Shown here one piece after another: positions 51,926 through 63,352 of a stretch of 64,000 nt of DNA. This DNA comes from Antedon mediterranea (taxonomy: Eukaryota; Animalia; Echinodermata). The DNA lies in assembly GCF_964355755.1 (NCBI RefSeq), contig NC_092672.1, positions 28,154,437 through 28,218,436 of the forward strand, written 5' to 3'. Made by a program: the position numbers and the translations under genes. Every line of letters starts with the position of its first letter. Position 1 is the stretch's first letter. The notes beneath the pieces are model-generated. The model searched no databases. It worked only from the letters and a program-made list of their open reading frames with translations, and was not told the origin of the DNA.

Positions 51926-52755
51926 CTAATACCACGGTCGCCAGATGCTTTCTGCCGACGCCTGCGGTTGTGGATTGCAGACGATCATTTTGGCGGGTTT
52001 TTCTTCAACGACAGGATGTTGCTGTGGTAGTGTTCCTACTGTGTAGGATGTTGGTGGTTGAGGGTGAAGTATCACCGACATTGGTCCTTGTGTTTGGTGT
52101 TGGTTTGCAATTAAAACCGGGGACGTACTTGTGTGGGGATACGATGAGAACCGATTGTCTACTAAACCGTTCTTTGATTGCACAGCTGGTGTTTGAAGAG
52201 ATGAGTTTGGACTACCAAGCGACGACGATGGCGAACCAAGCGATGATGGTGTTAACATTTGTGTATTTTGAGCATAAACTGGAATAAAATGGCTTGGTAT
52301 TTGTCCGTTTGTAACTGCTTGTGGAGGTAGAACAACGGTGATTTCACCAGTTGGGAGTCCAATTGGAATTCCAGAAACAACTCGAGCGACATTTGAATCT
52401 GTTACAACGTTGTTGTTTAAAAGTGTTTTACTATGATTAACAGTAACTGTTTGAACGTTGGTGGCGCTAGATACTTGTTGCGTCGTTAACTGGACTTGTA
52501 CTGGATGCTGTGGGCTTACACTTCTGGTGGATATGGGTGCAGTGGTTTGCACAGTGTTCATATTCTGCGTAGCGGTTGCGAAAGTGGTTGATTGGCTGGA
52601 GGGAGAACGACATGTAGATGCTAAGTGTCCTATTAGTCTGGTTTGAACGTCTGAATTTAATTCGGCAGAGTTCAGGAACCTGGAGACCTCACCCATGCAT
52701 TCGTTGTACCCAGCACGGTACCTACCCAGTAAAGTAGGATCTGTTGCTAAGGCAC
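51926..52755 (-). CDS. HES1: HES exon 4 (Orange domain, P/S/Q-rich region, WRPW motif, stop)
   Basis: Acceptor tttcgtttatag|GT GCC TTA (phase 1). It ends TGG CGA CCG TGG TAT TAG. Confidence 0.95.
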
Positions 52756-54087
52756 CTATAAACGAAAATAACAACATTAGTAATCGAACTTCCTCGAAAA
52801 ATGATCAAACATGATGACTACTTTTTTAATTCAATTATTATAATACTGTAATAGCAAGACGAGTTGGTAATGTAATAATATCTTAAATCCATTTTTCAAT
52901 TACAGTCAAGTTTTATTTTGACCATAAAAGAATGTCTGTACTCCTGTGGCCGTATTTGAAAATCACACTTAGGCTAAGTGAAATACTAAATATCTCACTT
53001 AAGTTTGATTAGTGGATAATATGATTGGCCACTGTGAGTTAAACTACTTGGGTACTGTAGGTAGGTTGTTTTTTTTTTAAAGAACAGAGTGTTACAAAAC
53101 AAGCGCCAAGAAACCATACTATCCAATTAAAATTTAAGCGGCAAACTTACTTGCTATTTGGTGCCTTTGCATGTTCCTCAAGTACTTGACAGTCATCTCA
53201 AGAATATCTGCTTTTTCGAGTTTAGAATGGCGGGAACTCTGTAAAAACAAACAGACGAGTGATTAGTCATCAGATATTTGTAATCAAAGTATCTAAGCAG
53301 TTACAATCGTTTGAGTGCATCACAAGAAGAGGTAAACGTTGTAATCCTTAGTAAGAGGTTATGTGTTAATTGGAAACCCCTAGCGATTTGATTAATTAAC
53401 AGGACAAACACCTTAACAAACTAACACAATAGTATTACGTAACACGTATGGAGCGCAAGAGTGCTCGCCAACATTTGAACTGGGTTTATAAAAGAGAATT
53501 ACGAGGGAAAACTAGAGATTGTGAATTCGAAAAAAAAAATACAAGTATGGAATTACTACTTTAAAATTAAGTATTAATTAATGATTGAAATATGATCTAA
53601 AATTTACATTGAAGCTTACAAATTTGCTTGTGTACAACAAACATACAAAAAATCTTGTTTAGTAAAAGCTGAAATTATTAAAACCATTCATTAATTATTT
53701 GATTTTTATTATAAACTTACATCTTTGTTTGTAGCTTCCAATATTAGAGTTTTTAGTTGACCAAGACTATCATTGATTCTAGCTCTTCGTCTTTTTTCCA
53801 TCAATGGCTTGGAAGACTGCAAAAATAAAACAACTAATTAATAATTAATTATAAATAAAACAAATTAATGAATAAAAAATAATTATAAGTTGCAAAGAAT
53901 TGAGAAAAAATAATTGAAAAATAATACGAAGAAAAAAAAATAAAGAAAACTTGTAATAAATAACAACTCCTTCTTTTGCTGGTATTACTATTATAAAATG
54001 ATGATTAAACTTGTTTTAAAAAAGAAATAGAAAAAAAAGTACCTTTCTTCCTTCTGATGTTTTGGTTTTGGTATTATCCACAGGCAT
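51926..54087 (-). CDS. HES1: Hairy/HES1-4 class bHLH-Orange transcriptional repressor, 4 coding exons, 352 aa
   Basis: The join 54087-54043, 53816-53721, 53238-53151, 52755-51926 gives 1059 nt in frame, and all introns are GT-AG. It encodes the b[23 protein letters not shown]...[16 protein letters not shown], the Orange domain [16 protein letters not shown], an HC-like [11 protein letters not shown] and a C-terminal WRPWY. The symbol denotes the HES1/HES4/hairy group; exact orthology is not established. Confidence 0.95.
53151..53238 (-). CDS. HES1: HES exon 3 (88 nt, loop-helix 2)
   Basis: tttttacag|[29 protein letters not shown]+A|gtaagt. Confidence 0.97.
53721..53816 (-). CDS. HES1: HES exon 2 (96 nt, basic region-helix 1)
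   Basis: tttttgcag|[32 protein letters not shown]|gtaagt. Confidence 0.97.
54043..54087 (-). CDS. HES1: HES exon 1 coding part (45 nt)
   Basis: ATG CCT GTG...GGA AGA AAG|gtact encodes [15 protein letters not shown] and ends at the RK|SSKP junction typical of the family. Confidence 0.85.
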
Positions 54088-54319
54088 AATGATAAAAAAA
54101 AATATGCAACAAGTCGGAAAAGTTCGATACTTAAAAATGAAATCCACAACGATAATACAATACTAGTGTATCGGAATGAGAAGCAGACGACGTACGACCA
54201 GAGCGCGTACAGGTGTTTACGCGGTGAAACCCTATTCAACAATGATCCTGTAAGGGAATGTGCCGAGGTAACTTTTTGGCCCTTTTCAGCAGGTTAACAT
54301 GTTGTGCGAGTGCCTGGCT

Positions 54320-54351
54320 CGTGTGAACGATATAACTTCAGGTTTCTCACG
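54320..54351 (-). promoter_or_regulatory. Su(H)/RBPJ paired site (SPS) with overlapping N-box
   Basis: The minus strand reads CGTGAGAA-16 bp-TTCACACG-AGCC. The N-box CACGAG is at 54318-54323, about 230 bp upstream of the ATG. Confidence 0.9.
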
Positions 54352-54367
54352 CTCGTTGGTATGCATT

Positions 54368-54615
54368 CCAATGCTCATGGCCAATAAGCTTGTCGTTATT
54401 AGGGGCTTATCTGTTCACTCGTCATCGAGTATTATCAAACTCTCACGCACGACTCTCATTGGACACTCATCAGAAGTCACCGTTCGTACGCACTCGCTGA
54501 TTGGTTAAATGTTTTCGTTGACGTACGAACACCTAGGTAATCAATGTTGACAGTTGACTTTGTAAAGGCATACAGCTACTCACGGCAGACTATAACGTGT
54601 CAGAACCACGTGCCA
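54368..54615. promoter_or_regulatory. HES proximal promoter: four CCAAT boxes and a GGCACGTG bHLH-repressor site
   Basis: CCAAT at 54368 and 54381, ATTGG at 54458 and 54500, and CACGTGCCA at 54607-54615. Confidence 0.6.
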
Positions 54616-55480
54616 GGCTTTGTTAGTACGGTGTCCATTGAAATCCTAAGCATGGGAAAACTCCGCCCACTTTTTGGTAAACTTAATCTATTACAGTCAA
54701 CCGTATGTAAACAATCAGAGGTATTCTGGTTCCCGAAGGGACATTATTCTTAAATCTACTAATCAAAGGCGCCATAATAATAATATTAACAGGTACTCAT
54801 ATAATAACATTACTATTCATCGGTCTTATGGTTTTAAACAAACCTTTTCTAACAGCAATATATTGACATTAGAACATTTTATCCATTGTTATTATGAACG
54901 TAGACATTTTGGTTACCTTAAAACACCTGTATATAGCCTTCACATGCTGTGATCTCCCACAAATATAGAACAAATTAAAGACATTGGGGTTGGGGTAATT
55001 GATTTTTGTTACAGAAGAACAATAAAAAAATGATTATGTGTACAAAAATACAGTTTCAGATTTCATTTATTTACGTTATTTGTAACAAATAATGTTAACA
55101 AGTTGGAACAAACATCAAAGGATAAATAAAGAGTAGAGATGCTGGAAAATCGTATCACCAAACAGTTAAATATTAAATAACGAAAAAGAAAATTTCATTC
55201 GACATAAATAGTAGGCCTATAGAATCTGGACTTTGTTTTTTCATGTCAAGTACTGTTTGTTATTTTTACTCTTTTTTTTCAATAAAATTAAATAAAGAAT
55301 GAATGTGAACATGAATGCAAAGAAAGACTTCTGATGAGATGAAAGCAAATTATAGGCCTACTAAAATTTGGTTTGTACACACATGGGGGGAAATACATTG
55401 TCAATAGGCCTACAGATGTTATATCATTTTATTTACTCCACAATATAATGCGTAGGCCTACGTTGCAGCCATAGTCTAAC

Positions 55481-55497
55481 CAGGGAGTTGTACCCTG
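55481..55497. mobile_element. 17-bp palindromic insertion with 7-bp TSD
   Basis: gtctaac-CAGGGAGTTGTACCCTG-gtctaac. Confidence 0.75.
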
Positions 55498-56509
55498 GTC
55501 TAACGGTCCAAGAAATAACGACGTCATTAAATACTGTACTCTTATAGGCTATAATTACATTTGCAATATACGACCGGGTATGATATATCAATACAGTTCG
55601 GTAATAGAGAGTTTATCATATTTCTGTCCTTCAACAGACTCATGGTGAGCCCAAACTATTGTCTTGTCACTGTTCACTCCAACAATTTCTCATAGTAAAA
55701 CAGTACGTAAAAATGAAAAAAATGTAGGCCTACAAAATAATAAAATACAATATTAATAATGATAATTATATTGAAATTCGATATATTTAACGGTAACATA
55801 TTTGGATGAGTGTGGCGGATTATATATGTTCTTTCCTTATTCTGTTGTTAAATTAATGAAACCTCGTCGGTTCGAACGTTCATAAAAAAAGTTTTATGTA
55901 AAACATTTATCGGCCAAATCTTCAATATTTCCCATATGACGTCATCGACCAACTATTGCCAAAAGATGAAAGGGAGTAATTAGTGATTTGATCCGGTTCA
56001 TTGACATGTGTTCATTGACTGTCCCATCCTGTGAAGTGGTCATGTTCCGAATAAAAATAATGATAACAGCTCAGAAATGCTTTCTGAACTTATAGAGATA
56101 TCGCCAGATAGGTGAATTTCAATTAACCGATTCTCTGTACTGTAGGTCTGTATACTCATGGACCTATGAATTGGTCCATGCTATAATAATTTATAGGCAA
56201 ATCATAGGCAAATTCATTTGCGAAACATGGATCAGAGTAATTTAGGTTACACAGCCTAAGCCTGTGATAGATACTGTATATGACACTGTATTTCATATTT
56301 TGCCTATGAATGATACCGGGATATAAAATTCAGGGAATCTGTGAATTCCAAGTGAAAAGCAGTGATTAACTTAAATTAATTATGATTCAATGTAGAATAG
56401 ATTGTACAGTAGGCTCATGTTACAGTGTTTTAATTAATAACGGAAAACGAGACACAAAATACAAACTATTTACTGTATTATAAACACAACAGGCATAGAA
56501 CATTAACTC

Positions 56510-56649
56510 CAAACCGCTCGGTGATATACTAAAATTTTAAATGATAAGATGAGGAAATCTGTGAGAATGAGAAAAAGTTTCCCCAATCGAGATTCGAACC
56601 CGGACCTTCTGTTTGATATCAGATGTCCTAACCATTAGACCACTGCAGC
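56510..56649 (-). mobile_element. tRNA-like dispersed repeat, family copy 2
   Basis: Homologous to 4592-4746 (GATGAGGAAATCTGTGA...GAGATTCGAACCCGGA...GATGTCCTAACC.TTAGACCACTG). Confidence 0.65.
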
Positions 56650-57796
56650 TTTCATTGTATAGTTCAAACCCGATTGGATAGCGACTTTAGATATGCCTCG
56701 AAATACATTAAAGAACACCTATATAGAATTGCGCATAGAACTCTCTAAAAAGCACGTATATTTATTAGCAATTCAAATATGCATTATTCGGTATCCATCG
56801 TTTACTGAATGGAAGAGATTATTTAGAGGTTTATGTTCAGTTTATATAGGAGTTAGGTTGATTATTTAGGGGTTATGATGATTATTGAGGTGTTAGGTTG
56901 ATCGTGGATATCTGGGTTGATATATTTGACGATTTAATACTTGAAGAATGATATTTTAATCTTACTCTTTCCAGATTATAATTCAATCAATTTAAACAAA
57001 TATTTATTCAATCACCGAAAAAAGATAAACACAATTAATACAATTATACTTTTTAAATACAGATTAAGCTTAATGACCCGGATGATGCGCATGCGTAATT
57101 AGAAGTGGAAATATCATGACCTCAAACAATATTGAAAAAGAAACAAAAAAGCAAGTAGGCCTAAAAACATTTCCAGGTAATATTTATTAATTATAATTTA
57201 TAATCAAGTCTACCCTTAAAAAACACGTTAATTTTCTATAAGTATACTTTTAAAGTTTGAAGAATTAAGAATTTGTAAAATATCGAAACATAAAAGAAAA
57301 TAATTATATCTAACAATGTTTAGGAAGATATTTTATCATGATCTTTAATTTGTTTCACTTTAATATAAGTATTATGCTGTTTTAAAAGAAATTTATTTAT
57401 GTAGTGCCAAGGAAAAGCCCAATTTCCAATTAATAAAGGAGAAATTAATACTCTTGAACTTATAACAACTAAAACCATCACCTTGTGGTTTGTAGCTTTA
57501 TTTACAATGTTTAAAAATACAAAATCTTCTCCATTGGTTATTCACTTTGACCAAATAGGAATATGGAAGCCTCAATAAAATACAAAAAATAGCCTGTTTA
57601 AATGTTTTGATTTTATTCATCTTAATATCTTATCCATAAAATACTACTGGTTTTGCCTTGCCAAAATAAATTAAAATTTCCAATTACTGGACCAATTATT
57701 AAGAATATTGAATCTTCATCAAGATACGCTACTGAAAGAAAATCATCAGGTGTGTAAGCTCAATTGAAAATTCAATTATTGACATGGGTAACGTTG

Positions 57797-57901
57797 CATT
57801 CACACGACGGTTTTGAACCAGGGACGCTTTCCTGGTTAAACAATGGAAAATCATAATGGACGGCCCCGGCTTCCGTTCCGAGAAAACGGATCGTGTGAAT
57901 G
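57797..57901. mobile_element. About 105-bp MITE-like inverted repeat
   Basis: CATTCACACGA...TCGTGTGAATG. Confidence 0.5.
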
Positions 57902-58199
57902 TGGTTTTATTTTTTATTTTTGTTTTTTTTATATTTTTTCTTTATTAAGTATAAATATGCAAAAGAAAAACAAAACCGACACAGCGGTGACATGAGGCAA
58001 AAACAAAATAAATTAAATTCTCAAAAGGCAAAAGCAAACAATGTAAAAGGTATATCTTCTTAGTTCTCCATTTACCCAAGACAATAAATTTCGTCTTGGT
58101 TTATCAAAATAAAATCTTATAAAATCAGAAGTTTAACAAGTTTCCAGTCCTCATTAAATAACTCTATATTGTCGTTTATCAAATGTAAGTACTCTTCTA

Positions 58200-58600
58200 T
58201 TTTTAGTTTAGTTTAGACTCTATAGTTCACTATGTCGGTCGATCAGTCGGTCGGTCGGTCTGTCTGTCTGTCGGTCCCGTATCACTATGCGTTTTATCGC
58301 TTTCTGACCTTATCTTGATATCAGTTTAATCTAGCTAAGTCAATTTTTCACAGTATATTCCTTATGGCCAGGAATCGATGTGGTTATGTTTTCACGGTGC
58401 GCAATAAAAAATTACGCGGTGTACGCACGATTTAACGAAATCACGTTTGTAATCATATCTTCACAACCATGAATCACAATTAAATAAAATTTGGTACTCA
58501 TCAATTTCCGGGCATAAATCATCATATGGCAATACAATTACGTGCGTAGCGCATGTAACGCATGCGTACGCGCGCTTAACATTTTCAAAATTTATTTTCG
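58200..58600 (+). mobile_element. Helentron-associated (HINE/DINE-1-like) non-autonomous element
   Basis: It starts in a T-run and has a (GTCG)n(GTCT)n microsatellite at about 58227-58277. CpG-rich core repeats with AAATTTGGTAC follow. The call is based on architecture only. Confidence 0.5.
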
Positions 58601-58695
58601 ATGAAATTGTTCAAATTCTATTGTTTTTGTTAAAATTCTATTGTTGTTGTTAAAATTCTATTCTATCAAATGTGGCTTTATTGACAGGGTTGTTG

Positions 58696-58727
58696 CAAGG
58701 AGTAGTTATTTAAATAATTAATTCATG
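58696..58727. mobile_element. 32-bp palindromic insertion with 7-bp TSD
   Basis: gttgttg-CAAGGAGTAGTTATTTAAATAATTAATTCATG-gttgttg. Confidence 0.75.
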
Positions 58728-59662
58728 GTTGTTGTACTCAACATAACATTATTGTCAAGACGATACTGTCCTAGTATCCAGCAAATAATTTTTTTTTCTG
58801 TTTTCCAGACATTTAACAAAACTTCCTCTGCTATAGTTTCATCCTAAAAAAAAATGAAAATAAATATTGCTGAAGAAACGATTTTATTATTATTATTATA
58901 TAATTATCATTAAATGTGTAGCGATGATAAAACAATGTAAAAAATGTTTTATTCAGAAAATGAAAATCGTCGTATTGTATCGGTAAATTTGTTAACATCA
59001 CCACTATCTTTATTAATAGAGATATCTTAGTATATAGTTTCAAACTAAGGTACTGTATCTTTATTTCCAAATAAATGACAGCTTGGCGCGCAAAACACCA
59101 CACATAAACAAAAACGTAAGAATATATTACGATAATTTACATTTTATTTCAAAATGGATTGCTCTAAAAATAGTTATAAGTACTTCATTTTAAGATCATG
59201 TACACTACTAAAATTTAAACAATTTATATAAACGTAACTGTATTTATATCACGTCAAACAAATGCAGTAATTACTGTATATCTAAAAATCAAAAACAGTT
59301 TATTTTCTTAGAAGCTTAAGTAGCCTCTCTATGACCTTTCGACGTTTTTATTGTCCTGGGTGATTCAAATTTAATTAATCCCTTATTGTGCCGTTGTATC
59401 TTTCTTTGACAGGAAAATTTATTGTTTTATTGTAACAGAAAATGGGTACGTGCTTGTTTTTCGTTCCCATTAGAGCAAATCAGACAGACTATGCAACGAG
59501 TGTAGCCATTTTCTATTTATCGCTGGTCCTTCGTAGTTAAATAAAGTTGATGTTCTATCGAGAAAAAAACGCACAATTGGTTATATACCGTACGTAATAC
59601 AGTATTATGTTCGGTATAATTGAAAAAAAAAATTCTTTTATCCTCACTCTCTCAAGAAACAT

Positions 59663-59892
59663 CTGATCGTGAGATCGATTTTCGAATCCAACTCTCGCCG
59701 TATATATTGTATCCTTAGACAAGATACTTTACTTACGTTTTCCTCTCTTCGCCCGGTTAGATCAAAACACAACTTTGCGCATTATGCGAGTATGTTTCCA
59801 TAAAAAAAATGACAGGGATAATAATGTTCAGCGCTTAGAGGTTTCACAACATTAGGCGTTATATAAATTCAGGATATAATTATTATATTATT
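59663..59892 (+). mobile_element. Degenerate SINE, same family as 1826-2141
   Basis: Shares TTCGAATC.AACTCTCGCCG, CAAGATACTTTACTTACGTTT, CCCGGTTAGATCAA and GAGTATGTTTCCATA, with internal deletions. Confidence 0.7.
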
Positions 59893-62800
59893 GTTTCTGT
59901 GATCATGTGTGAACTTTTAATTTGTCCATCAACTGCTTAGCTGAAAATGTGTATTATAAATTTCTTTGAATATTTGTGATTTGTATTTTTTTAACTGTAG
60001 TGCATTGACATTTATGATAAAATTATGTTTATAAGATTAAATCAATTTGTTGAGCCAAGAACAAGAGTGGTCACCGTTCATCGTTTAAATTTAATATAGT
60101 TTTCATTTTTTCCTGAGTTTGTTTGAGCACGTATAACAACCAGCAGATAAGTTTTAAACTACAATATTGAGAGATGAAAGAATGATTTTACATTTATTGA
60201 TAACAGTCTAGGGGGCCTGTCCGGGTGCAACAAATAACTCGATCTTCTGTTGACCTAGAACCTAAAGTATAGTGTTGGTGAATCAATCATTTCGTGTGTA
60301 TTGTATTGTCCAATTTTTGCCCACTGTGGTCCAATCGATGAAGCCGTTGTATGTAACCCTGGTGCTATCTATTAATACTTTAAGGACACACTCAACATCC
60401 ATCAAATCGTAACAATGCCAAGCTTCATTTCGATTGTTATTCGGATCAATAAGTATTCAGGTTGGGATATTCGAGTAACGTTTTCCCACGCTTTTCTACC
60501 TGCCAAATCGTTACCCGTAGGCCTAACAACGTTTCTAGTTTTGTAATGGTTTCACTTCGCGCCTAAAAACACTCAACATATAGTTTGAACATTTAGAGGC
60601 GAAATTTACATAAGTAGGCATGTACAAATTGAGCATTCCAACTTTAGAAAATTCGAATTTACTTTGCATGCATGTCATCAGTGTCTAAAAATAGATTTTT
60701 ATATCCATATCTTATAACAGGCTTGAGAATATTAATAGGCCTACAGTATGTTAATTGTGATTTTTAACTAAATTAAACAAATAAGCAATACCAGTTAGAT
60801 TCTGACACATATTAGAAGCGCTTATCAAAATTCACACGCAAATATCAAAATAATATATTTTCTGGTGAGGACTATCTGGCGAAAATTGTCGTCACGAGTT
60901 AGTTTATAACATATTGCAGCAGGCCTAGGCCTGTTGAAAACACTCACTGTGGGCGGAAATCTATGATGACGATACAGAAATATTTATTATTTTATTTTAT
61001 AGATAACCAAAATATGAAGCAATAATTGTGGATTTGTGTCGGGATTTGTGTGGTGTTCAAATTTAACCTAATTCCGTCGCTATCATAAAATCAAATCGTT
61101 TTTACTCGCGTGGTAGGTAACTACACACGACAGGTTGAATTAACAACAATAGGCCTACACGATTATTGTTTTATCTTACAACTATAATATGCCTACAATT
61201 CAGGGTCGTCACCCGTTTGATATCTTGTGTTTGTTGACTGTATTTGTCAGATTCGTATCACCTTCAAACTCATGGGAAAAGCAAATAATCACCCAAGACC
61301 TGTCACGTGACTCACCTTGCTAATCATCACAGGTGTCCAAAAACGGATATTTTGTTCTCTTTATCATTATTATTATTTATTTTAATAATTGGATGTGTGT
61401 GGCCAAATAGGAATTGGGGGCTTGGTGTCTATTTGCACTCATCAAAACTATAGTGAAGGTTTTGATACTGTACTACATTCGACGTACAGTGCGCGTGCAT
61501 TCTGCAATGTGTTCATTGGATTCGCGTTCCTGTTATGTACGCGTCAACAAATAACGGGTTCATGCCCCATGGAAACGCATTTACGTATTGAAAGCGTGTC
61601 AGGTCTTTCCAGTCAACAGTTTTTGCAAAATACCAGGCGGTCAGAACTGTGGAATTTATTTCAACTCTTGGGATCATATTGGGGTCTAATTTGGGTCTAA
61701 TAAAATGGTAATGATATTTGACTTAATCTTTATGAGTTTATTCACTCAATTGTTCATTCTACACGACCCGAATTACATATGGGTTTACAAGTACTCACTA
61801 TTTGCATTCCGCCATTGCACATAGTCAAATGAGAGCGTGAATGGTGGATCTAATTAATTGAAAGAGACTACTTAGTACAGTAAAATATTATATAAAACAA
61901 CCAGGGTAGGTACTCTAATCAAGTACACATAACAGCGCACACGGGATGAAATTGCAGAAAATTAAGAAAAAATTGAGTCTGTTAACATATTTTAAATTGA
62001 TATATGAAATACTATTTTTTATAATCATTTTTAATAAAAAAAAAACAGTTTAGCAAAAAACAGATCAAACAAGTACACTGTACTTAAACTTGAGGGCGCT
62101 GTCATAAGGTGTGTGCCAGAGCCATTATATAATATATATAATGGCTCTGGTGTGTGCTCCTTTGCTGAAAATAAATATATGGATATACTGTAATATTTTT
62201 AAATTGTTTAACTTTCTATCTAATGTATTCTTGTTCTTTTTTTTTTACTACGTCCATTCAATACAAATTACAAGTGTTTTTTTACCTATTTCATGGGATA
62301 TCATTATTCACAAACGAATGAATTCATTTTCAAAATGAAACAATCAATATTTTAATAGGTGATGTTGAGAGTGTTATATTGTAGTTATGCTTTACGACTT
62401 TCGTTTCACAGTACTTCATCACAGTAGTTTATTTCGAAGAAATGCTCGAGTAAATAGCTTGGGACTTTCCTAGCAGACGACCACCTTTGGCGGGAACACA
62501 ATTTGATTAGCACTTAGGCCACGCGCCAAATCAGTATGGGGCATAAAGTAGAGCAAGAACCTAGGCCCTATGTTTATTCGCCCAGCATGTTTTAAGGCCA
62601 AGACAGGCCTACTACAATCCCATCAAAACAAAATCACAATGAAACGTTTTTTCTAGCTTTCCAAACGCGATTTTATTTAGGCTTATACCCAACAACTTTT
62701 CCCGCGAAATTGTTTTGTGTTCGTCAGGTTGATTTTAACCGCCTGTTGTGTGCGTGCTGATGACGACAGTCCAACAGCAAGCTCCGATAAAAGCCTCATC

Positions 62801-63284
62801 AGTGATTTAACCCAAATGGCATGCTATATTTTCCGCCTGCCAAGCTTTTGTGGACACATGGGATGTGTTGGATAACCAAAAAGTTATACAATGAGGACTT
62901 TCCCACACTCTTCTAGTCGCCCTTCGTCATATTTCATGGCAGCAGAAGCGTGCAGGAATGTGCCCATTTGAAATCACCTTCATTCTCAAGCATGGTGATA
63001 CAGAAGCGTTCAGGCGTTCATTTGCGTGCTTTATATGCGTTAAAATTGTGCGCGTAGACCTAACTATTGTATTAATTGTTTTATATTATCGTTATACCTT
63101 TAATATTCTATCTACTTTATTTGTATTTTTATTTGATCACGTATGCCTATATACATGTTTATTTATACCGTAAATTGTGTTTATTTGCAATATCTTACAT
63201 TTTATAGAAAATTTACTATTTTCTTTCTTTTCCAAAGGTTTGCTTATTAATTGTTCTATAAATAAAGATTGCAGATAAAGCCGA

Positions 63285-63352
63285 TGCAACGCAAGGACGT
63301 AAGCGCAACGCAAGTGATTTGACCAATCACAAGCGATATATTATTCGAACTG
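63285..63352. mobile_element. MITE family A fragment
   Basis: GCAACGCAAGGACGTAAGCGCAACGCAAG...GACCAATCACAAGCGAT...TTATTCGAACTGT. Confidence 0.6.

Noticed and set aside
51970-52646. Plus-strand ORFs of 105 and 62 aa
   Set aside because: They are antisense shadows of HES exon 4.
52756-52777. ORF-track start MLLFSFI for the 283-aa ORF
   Set aside because: This is the intron 3 polypyrimidine tract. The exon starts at 52755 after tttatag.
57905-58870. Possible 3' remnant of an L1/Tx1 LINE on the minus strand
   Set aside because: There is only a T-rich tail and vague peptide resemblance, interrupted by other insertions. It cannot be supported without a profile search.
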